DNA from: Bacillus sp. CGMCC 1.16541
GTDB lineage: Bacteria > Bacillota > Bacilli > Bacillales > Bacillaceae_H
Assembly (NCBI RefSeq): GCF_003184905.1
Contig: NZ_QFRU01000009.1
Coordinates: 32,150 to 72,149 of the forward strand
Length of the DNA stretch: 40,000 bases
Direction of reading: 5' to 3'
A program made the translations under genes and the position numbers. The stretch's first letter is position 1. Each line of letters opens with the position of its first letter. Below, in pieces: positions 25,114-33,835 of this stretch. A model generated the notes under the pieces. The model did no database searches, had not been told where the DNA came from, and saw only the letters and a list, made by a program, of their open reading frames with translations.

Positions 25114-26228
25114 GTTATCCAGCATGGTTCAATGAGACGGTTGATGATTTAATTAATCAGATGTTAGATGATGTCGATCCAGCATACGATAAACGCGAAG
25201 GTGGCTTTGTTTATGATGTTCTTTGGCCCATTGCAAATCAAAGGTCATTATCGCGCGAGGAGTTAAAGAATGCTATTGACATGGCTTTTGTAGCTAATTC
25301 TGAGGGAGATCAACTAGACCAAGCAATTGCTGACCGTTCACCATTAAGAAGATATTTAGAAGAATACGCTTATGGTTATGTGACGGTTTATGGAAATCCT
25401 GGAACTCCTCTAAATCAAGGAACAAGGTTTATGAGCATTAATTATAGCGATTCCCCATCGATTGAATTTGAGTTAAGGTCAGACGTCACGATAGGTGATT
25501 CAGGAGAAATTGATGTGTTGGTGCATGCGCTTGAACCAGGTGAAATCGGAAATATACCTCCTGGGACTATCGAGATCGCTTCCCCTCTGGTTGGCGTTTC
25601 TGCTGTCACAAATAAAAATCATTTTGACGGCGGGAGAGATCGTGAATCTGACACTGACTTTAAAAATCGCTACTTCAAATGGAGGAGCGAAAAAGGTAGC
25701 TCAGGCAATCGTGCGGACTATGTTAGATGGGCTCTTGAAGTCACTGGCGTTGGCGGTGTAGCTGTATTCCCGACGTGGAATGGCCGCAACACAGTCAAGG
25801 TTGTTCTTGTCGATTCAGATTTTTCTCCAGCTGATGACATCATCATACAAGCTGCAAGGGATTATATTGACCCAACATACGGACAAGGAGATGGGAAAGC
25901 TCCTGTTGGGGCGATCGTCACTATTGAATCAGCAACGCCGATTCCTATAAGAATCTCCGTCAAAGCATCTGCTGACGATTTAAACAGTGTTAAAAGTCAA
26001 ATTAAAGAGTCTTTGAAAGGTTATTTAAAAGAAGTTAATAATAAGTATTGGGCTCAAACGAAAATTCCTACCGACTACAAAATTAGCTATTTAAAACTTG
26101 GGTCATTGATGGTTGATGCTGCTGGGGTTGATCAAGTAACAGACTTGCGCGTGAACAACAGCACGGATGACATTGTGATTCCTGCTGGCTCTGTAGCTCA
26201 ACTAGAGGAGGTTGTTTTCGATGAATGA
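25110..26228 (+). CDS. baseplate J-like protein (XkdT-like)
   Basis: 372 aa, with size and position typical of baseplate J. Confidence 0.65.
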   Translation: MSYPAWFNETVDDLINQMLDDVDPAYDKREGGFVYDVLWPIANQRSLSREELKNAIDMAFVANSEGDQLDQAIADRSPLRRYLEEYAYGYVTVYGNPGTPLNQGTRFMSINYSDSPSIEFELRSDVTIGDSGEIDVLVHALEPGEIGNIPPGTIEIASPLVGVSAVTNKNHFDGGRDRESDTDFKNRYFKWRSEKGSSGNRADYVRWALEVTGVGGVAVFPTWNGRNTVKVVLVDSDFSPADDIIIQAARDYIDPTYGQGDGKAPVGAIVTIESATPIPIRISVKASADDLNSVKSQIKESLKGYLKEVNNKYWAQTKIPTDYKISYLKLGSLMVDAAGVDQVTDLRVNNSTDDIVIPAGSVAQLEEVVFDE

Positions 26229-27066
26229 TGTAATTTCTTTGAGAGACACTCTCCTTTCGTATGCACCAGAGTATTACCAGGACTCAAAGTTATACAAAAG
26301 CCTGATGTATGCTTCAGCTAAACAGTTGGTGGGCTACGAGAATGAAAAAAACGATGTGCTTGAGCAGCTCCATCCAGAAACAGCTACCTGGGGACTTGAA
26401 CTATGGGAAAAGGACTTGCAACTATTTCCTTCGTTCGCTGATTCAATCGAAACGAGAAGAGCTCGTGTCATTTCTGAACTTTACAAAAACGAGGAAATGG
26501 TACGGCTAGAAATGCTAAATCGAATTGTAAATGTTTTTGTTCCTGCTAAAAATGCAAAGGTTCAATTAGTTGATGGTGGTGGCGCTTTTGAAGTTACATT
26601 ACCAATTGGCCCACTCCCCTTCTTGTTTCATGAAATGAAGGCTACTATTGATGAAATCAAACCAGCTCATGTCGAAGCTCTTTATGAAGGCGAGATTGAT
26701 GTAGGTGCTATGCGATTGACTGACGGTACTTATGCTTTCAGTGCGCAATATAAAGAGTGTGGGGAGTTTTCTGGAGAATCAAAGCTGCTAGACTACAAAG
26801 ATGAAAATTTAAATGCTGTTAGTCGCATCTATTCTTTCCCTGTTGAGTTTGAAACAAGTGAGGCAAATTTGGAAATGTTTGAGGATGAGAGTTTGATTGA
26901 GGATAAAACTTATCGTTTTCAAGCATTCTATCAATATTGCGGCGAGTTAGAAACAATGAATGCTAGTCTTTCTCTTACTGAAAGCTCTAGTATCACTAAA
27001 TGCATGGCTGTTGAAATTTCCGTGCCGTATCTTGAATGCGGTGAGTTTGAAGCTGAAGGAGAGTGA
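26221..27066 (+). CDS. tail protein (XkdU-like)
   Basis: ATG 9 nt after ggagg, following baseplate J. Confidence 0.55.
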   Translation: MNDVISLRDTLLSYAPEYYQDSKLYKSLMYASAKQLVGYENEKNDVLEQLHPETATWGLELWEKDLQLFPSFADSIETRRARVISELYKNEEMVRLEMLNRIVNVFVPAKNAKVQLVDGGGAFEVTLPIGPLPFLFHEMKATIDEIKPAHVEALYEGEIDVGAMRLTDGTYAFSAQYKECGEFSGESKLLDYKDENLNAVSRIYSFPVEFETSEANLEMFEDESLIEDKTYRFQAFYQYCGELETMNASLSLTESSSITKCMAVEISVPYLECGEFEAEGE

Positions 27067-27072
27067 TAAAAC

Positions 27073-27414
27073 ATGATAACTCCTGTATTTGTCGATTTAT
27101 TGAAACAAGATGCTGTAAGGTATTTTAAAAAAGCGATTGTCACAATCGACGGTGTTGACTATGAATATCCAATCGACACAACCATAGTTAAAGAAAATGA
27201 GTTTAAACATTATATATATGTCCAGGATGAGCCTGTTGGCGTAATAAATAAAGTAGTAATGCTGGACGAGTTAGACCGAGAATTAATGATTAAGGAGCCT
27301 AATTTTAACAAAGGCGACGATGGATGGTATATAGCATTTAAAGTAAAAATTAATATTGAGGAGGTCGAGGAACTTGGAGATCAAGGAACTGTTGGATCAG
27401 ATATTCAACTATGA
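27073..27414 (+). CDS. hypothetical tail-region protein
   Basis: 113-aa ORF. Confidence 0.45.
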   Translation: MITPVFVDLLKQDAVRYFKKAIVTIDGVDYEYPIDTTIVKENEFKHYIYVQDEPVGVINKVVMLDELDRELMIKEPNFNKGDDGWYIAFKVKINIEEVEELGDQGTVGSDIQL

Positions 27415-27733
27415 CCCTACCATTTGGCGTGATAGAGTTAGTGATCCAGAGGGCGACATCACGCATCCAGGTACAAAATTCACAGCAAGACGAGGCAATA
27501 AACTTGAGGATGCATCTAAGTTAGCTCACGACCGATTGAATAATGTTGTCATTTTTATCGATGAGCTGACAAGGCAACAAAAGAATTTACGCCTGGAATT
27601 CCTATTGCTAAAAGCCTCTGTCACATCAGGGCTTACAAGTAATATTTTTGTTGAAAACTTTGAGACAACTGACGATATTGTCTTAATAAATGGATTCCAC
27701 GACCCAGCAGATCAAAAATTATACATCAGATAA
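27374..27733 (+). CDS. hypothetical tail-region protein
   Basis: TTG start 9 nt after gaggagg; overlaps the upstream gene end. Confidence 0.4.
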   Translation: MEIKELLDQIFNYDPTIWRDRVSDPEGDITHPGTKFTARRGNKLEDASKLAHDRLNNVVIFIDELTRQQKNLRLEFLLLKASVTSGLTSNIFVENFETTDDIVLINGFHDPADQKLYIR

Positions 27734-27746
27734 GAAGGGAAATGTT

Positions 27747-28088
27747 TTGAACAAAGCAACAGATTTAATTATTTACAAGAAGGCTGAAACGCTGCTTAAT
27801 GAGGTTTATCCAATTTTACGAGCCTTTCCTAAATCAGAGAAATTTGCGATATGCCAAGAAATCAAACAAGCTTTTTATGCCCTGCTGCGAAATATTATGC
27901 TAGCGAATAACATCAAAGCAAGAAAACGAATATATCAAGAAGAAGCTGATGCTTATATAAAGCTCCTTGTTGTCTTGTTTTCTGTGGCTAAAAAGCAACG
28001 ATACATCACTCAGAAAAGGCATACAATGATTCAATTGAAAATTGAAGAATTAGGAAAGATACTCGGCGGCTGGATGAAATCATCATAA
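27747..28088 (+). CDS. avd: DGR accessory variability determinant (Avd, four-helix-bundle protein)
   Basis: About 113 aa, basic and helical, ending ...IEELGKILGGWMKSS like known Avd proteins. Lies immediately upstream of TR. TTG start after gaaggga (an ATG at 27690 is also possible). Confidence 0.75.
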   Translation: MNKATDLIIYKKAETLLNEVYPILRAFPKSEKFAICQEIKQAFYALLRNIMLANNIKARKRIYQEEADAYIKLLVVLFSVAKKQRYITQKRHTMIQLKIEELGKILGGWMKSS

Positions 28089-28110
28089 CCTATTAGGGTT
28101 GCAGCTGTTT

Positions 28111-28206
28111 GGCGCTAACCGTGCTCTTCGCGGGAACAATTCGGCGCGGAACTGGAACAACGATGATGCTTCGAACCGCAACCCGAACTACGGCTGGCGT
28201 CCCGCC
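28111..28206 (+). repeat. DGR template repeat (TR)
   Basis: 96 nt aligned without gaps to 29961-30056. Contains 21 adenines, including 8 AAC and 1 AAT codons in the VR reading frame. Confidence 0.9.
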
Positions 28207-28342
28207 TTGTTAGTAATATTTAGATCGATGCGTTTACGGATTCATCGACACGGCCTCTAACTTCAAGGGAGCTGCAATCCTTCGTTCGTAGAACGTAAAC
28301 ACATGAATAGTCATTCTCGCCCAGCTGAAAGGAGCGGCCGAA
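28207..28342 (+). other. DGR spacer (Sp-like) RNA region between TR and RT
   Basis: Non-coding with local hairpins (tcgatg/catcga at 28225-28248; cgttc gta gaacg at ~28283-28295). Also contains agctgcaatcc (28270-28280), which is complementary to gggttgcagct (28096-28106) upstream of TR. Confidence 0.55.
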
Positions 28343-29410
28343 ATGGCGAAAAAATATGATCATTTATACGAGAAGATTGTCGATTTTGACAATCTTCTTT
28401 TTGCATATAAACAAACACTAAAAGGAGATAGGAAATTCCGTAAGGATGCTATTCTATTTTCTATGCTGGAAGATGCTAACCTAGTAAGACTTTGGAAAGA
28501 ATTAAAAACTGGTAATTATAGAGTTGGTGAGTATATCAGATTCAAAGTTTACGAGCCGAAAGAACGCATGGTCAGCGCACCTAGGATCAAGGACAAGATT
28601 GTCCAATTCGCAACGCATACAGTCATAAAAGATGTTTACTCTAATGTGTTCGTATCTGACAGTTACGCTTGTCTTGAGGAAAGAGGAACTCATAAAGCGG
28701 TTGATAAAGTTCAGAAATATTTAAGAGATTGCGAGAGACTTTATGGTTACGGTTGGATTGTAAAAGTCGATGTGTCAAAGTTCTTTTATTCTATCGACCG
28801 AACGATTCTAAAAAGAATTCTTAGAAAAAAGATTGCGTGCCGTAAAACAATTTGGCTTCTTGATCAAATTATTGATAGCTCTCCAGAAGGAGAACGCGGA
28901 ATCCCTCTTGGGAACGTCACTAGCCAAGATTTTGCCAATATCTATTTAAATGAGTTGGATCAATATGTAAAACGTCATCTTGGCATCAAGTGGTATGTGC
29001 GATATATGGACGATTGCGTAGCTATCGTGCAGACAAAAGAAGAAGCGCAGAGATTAAAGAAGCAAATGTGTCGATTCCTTCGTGTTCATTTGAATCTGAT
29101 GGAAAATCCAAAGAAATCGCAAATATTCCCTCTTACTCAAGGGGTTAATGCTTATGGCTTTAAAATATGGACGACTCATAAGAAAGTCCGTGATCAGTCA
29201 AAAAGAGCGATGAAACGCCGCATCAAGGCGATGGATAGAAAGGTGAAAGGAGGCTCTTTAACCGTGAGTGAGGTCAAACAAGCTGTTGATAGCTGGATGG
29301 GCCACGCTCGACATAGCAACTCATATAATTTAGCTAAAAAAATCTTTGCTCCGTATCCATACATTAAAGTTGAAGGAGATGAGTATTTTGGCAAACGGAG
29401 ATTTAATTAA
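28343..29410 (+). CDS. DGR reverse transcriptase
   Basis: RBS gaaaggag. Contains IPLGNVTSQDFANIYLNELD (the SQ...N signature typical of DGR RTs) and the catalytic YVRYMDDCV. Confidence 0.9.
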   Translation: MAKKYDHLYEKIVDFDNLLFAYKQTLKGDRKFRKDAILFSMLEDANLVRLWKELKTGNYRVGEYIRFKVYEPKERMVSAPRIKDKIVQFATHTVIKDVYSNVFVSDSYACLEERGTHKAVDKVQKYLRDCERLYGYGWIVKVDVSKFFYSIDRTILKRILRKKIACRKTIWLLDQIIDSSPEGERGIPLGNVTSQDFANIYLNELDQYVKRHLGIKWYVRYMDDCVAIVQTKEEAQRLKKQMCRFLRVHLNLMENPKKSQIFPLTQGVNAYGFKIWTTHKKVRDQSKRAMKRRIKAMDRKVKGGSLTVSEVKQAVDSWMGHARHSNSYNLAKKIFAPYPYIKVEGDEYFGKRRFN

Positions 29411-31709
29411 ATTAGGTACGCTGTATGTTGGCGGTTCAAAAATTGCACGGCCAACTAAACCTTGGAGAAATGATTATACACCACCAGGAGCACCAAGTTA
29501 CGGAGATACTCCAAATTATACAGCTGGACAAACTATCGAAATTCGAAATACAGATGCTAGTGATGCTTATAAAATTCAATGGCGAGAGGTCAATATAGGT
29601 TCTAAGAAACTACTTGTAGCCGATCGCAACCTTTTGGTTAATATTTCATGGGACGACCTAAACGCTCAAAGTTTAGTGTTCGGCAAAACGATAACTATCG
29701 ATGGCCAACAATATAAGTTGCGATTACTAACTGCCGGGACGGGTCCAAGGAGTGGAAGTGATTGGTATTCTGGTGGAACCCCAACAAATAATGAGTGGGA
29801 CCAAATTATTGTTAATGAGGCTGGATATTCTGGCTTGCCAACCCCTTCATCATCAGATTTAGATACTAACCAAACATCAGTCGATTACAGCAGCGCCCAC
29901 AATCAATACTGGAATTGGTTTTATATCTATTCTTGGGGACAAGAGACATATTCAGGAAATGGCGCTTACCGTGCTCTTCGCGCGCTCGATTCGGCGCGGT
30001 CCTGGAACATCGATGCTGCTTCGTCCCGCATCCCGTACTTCGGCTGGCGTCCCGCCCTTGAAGTTCTGAATAGTGCCCCCGTGATTTCTGGCAATGACCA
30101 AAATTTAGGGAATAAAGCAGCCCCATTTTCAACGACTTATTCAGTTTCTGAACCTGATGGCGATAGCATTACTATTGTTGAGAAGTTAAATGGAAGTACG
30201 ATTCGCACAATAAACAATGCTGTTTCAGGTCAAACATATGAGATTGCACTTAGTATAGATCAGTGGGCTTCACTTCCACTCAATCAAGCGAGCACGATCA
30301 CGATTGAAGCAACTGATAACAAAGGATTAAAAACAACGCGGACTTATACTTTCACAAAAACGAATACAGCTCCGACAGCCGTGATCGTGGAGCCGAAAGG
30401 TGACTTAGCAAATATTGCAATAGTCAATACAATCACGCCAGTGCTGGTGTTTCAGTTCCAAGACAGTGATGCAGGCGATCAACAGTCAGCGTATGAAGTC
30501 GTTATTCAAGATACAAATGGAAATCAAGTGCATACGACTGGAAAAGTGGCTTCAACTCAATCTTTCTTCCAGGTCCCTTCAGGAAAGTTGACATGGGGAA
30601 CGAGGTACAAATGGAAAGTAAGATTGTGGGACAAGTTTGATGTGGCAAGTGCATATACACTTGAGCAATTCTTCATGCCGAATAGGCCGCCGAACGTAAC
30701 GGATGTTCAACCAGGAAGCAGCGATCCGAATTCTCCTACTGGGTCGAGTGTAACGCCTGAAATAACATGGGCATTCTCCGACTTGGACCTTGAAGCTCAA
30801 GCCGCTTATCAAGTCAGAGTATTTAAAAAAGCTGATGATTCAATTGCCTATGATTCAAATAAAATCAATAAAAATCTAACTAAGCACGAGATTCCAATCG
30901 GTGTTCTACAAGAGGGAACTGAATATTATGCCGTCGTAACTGTTTGGGATACAAATAATCTTTCTAAACAAAGTGAAAAGGCTTATTTTCGTACAAATGC
31001 AACGCCAGCTGCTCCGACAGCTACTTTTCCAATCAATACCTACCGCACTGGACTAAAGCCTACTTTTGGAGCAGTAATTGGCACTGATCCAGAAAATAAT
31101 GCGCAGCATTTTGTTATTGAAATTGCTGAAGATGTTAATTTCACACAAGGCGTTCTGAGCTTCTCTTCAGCAGAAAAACGTGAAGGTTGGCAAGTGAATG
31201 ATGGAAATAACACGTATTTCGATATTCCAATTGGTGGTGTCAACAATAGCTACCAAGGTCGTACCATTCGCTATAAATCTCAGGTCGATCTCCAAGAAGG
31301 CAAAGCCTATTATTGGAGAATGGCAGCGATTGATACGTCCACAGGCGCTCGTGGAAAATGGTCTGTACCTCGATCTATCCGTTGCGGGAATACTTTGTTG
31401 TTTACGCTCAAACGACCGATATCTACAGGTACTGTAGCAGCTCGTCGAATATTGATTGCGCTTGACTATCTCTTACCTACTGACGGAGCGATTCCAGCAG
31501 ACTTTACTATTGAAGTATCAAATAACGCGCTTGATATTGAACCTGTTTGGGAAGATGCGACTGAGCAATTCTTGGAAGCTGACTTTTATAACTTTACAAA
31601 CTCAATAAAGACAGCTGAGAATTTTGCGTTAAATATCCGCGTTACATTCCGTGCGAATGATTCTTTAATGCCAATTGAATTGCGCGGGCTCGGCTTTAGC
31701 TTCGACTAA
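29388..31709 (+). CDS. DGR target protein: tail-fibre-like protein with an N-terminal VR-bearing (probably C-type-lectin-fold) domain and FN3/Ig-like repeats
   Basis: TTG start 8 nt after aaggaga (an in-frame ATG at 29379 is also possible). VR codes NGAYRALRALDSARSWNIDAASSRIPYFGWRPALE. This is followed by three modules with the recurring pattern AYxVxV...GTxYxWxVxxWD. Confidence 0.8.
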   Translation: MANGDLIKLGTLYVGGSKIARPTKPWRNDYTPPGAPSYGDTPNYTAGQTIEIRNTDASDAYKIQWREVNIGSKKLLVADRNLLVNISWDDLNAQSLVFGKTITIDGQQYKLRLLTAGTGPRSGSDWYSGGTPTNNEWDQIIVNEAGYSGLPTPSSSDLDTNQTSVDYSSAHNQYWNWFYIYSWGQETYSGNGAYRALRALDSARSWNIDAASSRIPYFGWRPALEVLNSAPVISGNDQNLGNKAAPFSTTYSVSEPDGDSITIVEKLNGSTIRTINNAVSGQTYEIALSIDQWASLPLNQASTITIEATDNKGLKTTRTYTFTKTNTAPTAVIVEPKGDLANIAIVNTITPVLVFQFQDSDAGDQQSAYEVVIQDTNGNQVHTTGKVASTQSFFQVPSGKLTWGTRYKWKVRLWDKFDVASAYTLEQFFMPNRPPNVTDVQPGSSDPNSPTGSSVTPEITWAFSDLDLEAQAAYQVRVFKKADDSIAYDSNKINKNLTKHEIPIGVLQEGTEYYAVVTVWDTNNLSKQSEKAYFRTNATPAAPTATFPINTYRTGLKPTFGAVIGTDPENNAQHFVIEIAEDVNFTQGVLSFSSAEKREGWQVNDGNNTYFDIPIGGVNNSYQGRTIRYKSQVDLQEGKAYYWRMAAIDTSTGARGKWSVPRSIRCGNTLLFTLKRPISTGTVAARRILIALDYLLPTDGAIPADFTIEVSNNALDIEPVWEDATEQFLEADFYNFTNSIKTAENFALNIRVTFRANDSLMPIELRGLGFSFD
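29961..30056 (+). repeat. DGR variable repeat (VR)
   Basis: 82/96 identical to TR. 13 of the 14 differences are at TR adenines. The GC-rich 3' end ggctggcgtcccgcc is identical (IMH-like). Confidence 0.9.
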
Positions 31710-31726
31710 TAGATGAGGTGATCCAA

Positions 31727-31936
31727 ATGAAATCAATTACAAGCACTTCTCTTGAAGAACTTCGCCAAAAAGAGAAGGAAATTGAAATGAAAGAGCAGCA
31801 ATTGCAGGCGATCGGCATTGAGTTAGCGCAAGAAAAAATTAAAAACGCGCAAAAAGACTCAGTTATTCAAATGCTCGGGCGTGAGGTTGCTATGTTAAAA
31901 ATCGAAGTCATGACATTGAAAGAAGGTGAGGCATAA
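31727..31936 (+). CDS. small coiled-coil protein
   Basis: ATG 7 nt after gaggtga; 69 aa; heptad-like sequence. Confidence 0.5.
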   Translation: MKSITSTSLEELRQKEKEIEMKEQQLQAIGIELAQEKIKNAQKDSVIQMLGREVAMLKIEVMTLKEGEA

Positions 31937-32073
31937 TGGCATTCTGGAACTTGGCTTATAAAAGTAAATGGGTGACAGCCGACCAACTTCGTCTTGTTGT
32001 TAAAACAGATACGAATCCATTCGGAGAAATCACACAAGATGAATTCCAAACAATAACGGGTGAAGAATTTTAA
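31936..32073 (+). CDS. XkdX-family small phage protein (45 aa)
   Basis: MAFWNLAYKSKWVTADQLRLVVKTDTNPFGEITQDEFQTITGEEF resembles the XkdX pattern (W...IT.eey..ITG). TAATG overlap with the upstream gene. Translated by hand. Confidence 0.55.
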   Translation: MAFWNLAYKSKWVTADQLRLVVKTDTNPFGEITQDEFQTITGEEF

Positions 32074-32111
32074 ATCTAATTTAAACACTCTTAAAAGGAG
32101 TGTAAAAACAG

Positions 32112-32146
32112 AGCGAGAGGACAATATCCTCTCGCTTTTCATTTTC
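32112..32146 (+). terminator. Rho-independent terminator
   Basis: 9-bp stem agcgagagg / cctctcgct followed by tttcatttt. Confidence 0.65.
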
Positions 32147-32164
32147 ACGGAGGTGTTAGCTATT

Positions 32165-32401
32165 ATGAAAAAACCCGTCGCCGAAAAGAAAGATTACTTA
32201 ATTTTGATTGGAGGATTCTTAGCTTCATTGAAGATGCTTTTAGCATCTTTGGGCTATGATGTCATTCCTAACGAATCAATAGATGCAATCGTAAATTTAA
32301 TTGGTTTCGGAGTCGCTTTATATGCTGTTTGGAAAAACACTTACGTCAGCCCGAAAGGATTAGAACAGAAAAAAATCCTCAAAGACAACGGGTTGAAATA
32401 A
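32165..32401 (+). CDS. holin
   Basis: 78 aa with two hydrophobic segments and a charged C-terminus. RBS ggaggtg. Immediately upstream of the amidase. Confidence 0.7.
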   Translation: MKKPVAEKKDYLILIGGFLASLKMLLASLGYDVIPNESIDAIVNLIGFGVALYAVWKNTYVSPKGLEQKKILKDNGLK

Positions 32402-32421
32402 TTTAGGAAGGAGTGTTGATT

Positions 32422-33159
32422 TTGTCTGTAATAGTAAAAAAGAATCTGGTTCCGTCTTCTAAGTATAGTATTAAATGTCCTTTTTCAATGACGCCTCAAT
32501 ACATTACTATTCACAATACGGCAAACGATGCGAGCGCAGCAAACGAAATTGCTTATATGCTCCGCAACAATATGGAAATTTCCTATCATTTTGCTGTCGA
32601 TGACAAGGAGGTAATTCAGGGTGTTCCGACAGATAGAAACGCTTGGCATTGTGGAGATGGCAATGGTAACGGAAATAGAAAATCAATCGGTGTAGAGATA
32701 TGTTATTCAAAGTCAGGCGGCGAAAGATACGATAAAGCTGAAACGCTTGCGGTGAAATTCATAGCTAAATTATTAAAAGAACGTGGATGGGGAATAGATA
32801 GAGTGAAAAAACATCAGGATTGGTCGGGGAAATATTGTCCTCACCGCATTTTGTCAGAGGGTCGATGGGGTGCATTCCTGAAAGCAATCGAGAAAGAATT
32901 AAAAGACTCCAGCGGCTCAGTCGCTCAAGCTAAACCAAATCAACCTTCAAAAACCACAACAGGCAGCTTCAAAATTAAAGTAAAGGTTGCGGAATTGTGG
33001 TATTATAATAAACCAGATTGGAACGCAAAAAAAGCCACTGTTAAACGCGGAGAAGTGTTCACGGTTGTGGAGACGCTAACGGTGAATGGCTCTAAAATGT
33101 ATAAGCTAAAAAGTGGGACATACATCACTGCTAATCCTCAATATGTTGAGGTTTTATAA
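32422..33159 (+). CDS. endolysin: N-acetylmuramoyl-L-alanine amidase (PGRP/Amidase_2) with C-terminal binding domain
   Basis: Contains ITIHNTAN...SYHFAVDD...AWHCGDG...HQDWSGKYCPHRIL, then an SH3-like tail. Confidence 0.85.
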   Translation: MSVIVKKNLVPSSKYSIKCPFSMTPQYITIHNTANDASAANEIAYMLRNNMEISYHFAVDDKEVIQGVPTDRNAWHCGDGNGNGNRKSIGVEICYSKSGGERYDKAETLAVKFIAKLLKERGWGIDRVKKHQDWSGKYCPHRILSEGRWGAFLKAIEKELKDSSGSVAQAKPNQPSKTTTGSFKIKVKVAELWYYNKPDWNAKKATVKRGEVFTVVETLTVNGSKMYKLKSGTYITANPQYVEVL

Positions 33160-33167
33160 AATTATAA

Positions 33168-33200
33168 TGCCCTTCTCGGTTAGAGAGGGGCTTTTTTATT
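33168..33200 (+). terminator. Rho-independent terminator after the lysis cassette
   Basis: 9-bp stem gcccttctc / gagaggggc followed by tttttt. Confidence 0.8.
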
Positions 33201-33270
33201 TTGCATTTTTAGTCATTTTAACCAGGTGACGTCATATATTTGTACTAGAAAACTAAAGGAGGATATGAAT

Positions 33271-33591
33271 ATGACATATAGACCCACAGTAAGGTATTCA
33301 GAGATTTATAAAAATTATGTAGAAGATGTGTTTAAAGGGACGAATCTGGATCGAAATCAAATAATAAGATTAGCCTTGTTTGTAGCAGCTCACTCAGATG
33401 AATATAGAAGTATTTTAAAAAAACATAAAATTGGTGACGTCCCTCTCCCCTACCCAGAGTGGGGGCTAGAAGAAGAGGCGTGCTGGAAAGAACAGAATTA
33501 TACAAAGAAAATACGATCAGACGAAAAATCAGAAAAAGAGAAAGTGATTAAGCTCGTAAATCAAGGAGGTATCACTATTAAACTAGGTTAG
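33271..33591 (+). CDS. hypothetical protein (post-lysis cargo)
   Basis: ATG 8 nt after aaaggagg; 106 aa. Confidence 0.5.
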   Translation: MTYRPTVRYSEIYKNYVEDVFKGTNLDRNQIIRLALFVAAHSDEYRSILKKHKIGDVPLPYPEWGLEEEACWKEQNYTKKIRSDEKSEKEKVIKLVNQGGITIKLG

Positions 33592-33696
33592 TTACTTCTT
33601 TTTTGTATTTGCAGCTTTCGTACTTTTTGCGTAGCTTAGTGTTTTGGCTTTATCAGCTAGTTTTTTAGCAAGTTCTTTTGAAATCTCTTTGCTCAT
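33592..33696 (-). CDS. small basic protein (34 aa, MSKEISKELAKKLADKAKTLSYAKSTKAANTKKK)
   Basis: Minus-strand ATG preceded by agaggtga. Translated by hand. Confidence 0.35.
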   Translation of the reverse strand: MSKEISKELAKKLADKAKTLSYAKSTKAANTKKK

Positions 33697-33835
33697 TTTA
33701 ATTCACCTCTCTTGGGTTACAGTCATTTCCATATACAGCAATATTTATACCTCTCTTCCCTCTTTTCGTCGCCACAGAGTAACCAACTGACCAACCAACC
33801 CAGAGATATTAACTAATTATTGAGGAGGTTTGTGC

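Larger units (their letters stand above)
27747..31709 (+). mobile_element. Diversity-generating retroelement cassette: avd - TR - RT - target(VR)
   Basis: See the component features. The TR/VR pair shows adenine-specific mismatches. Confidence 0.9.

Noticed and set aside
28111-30056. A second VR / additional DGR target elsewhere in the window
   Set aside because: By eye, the diagnostic GC-rich end (ggctggcgtcccgcc) occurs only at the TR and the single VR. A computational repeat search is needed to be sure.
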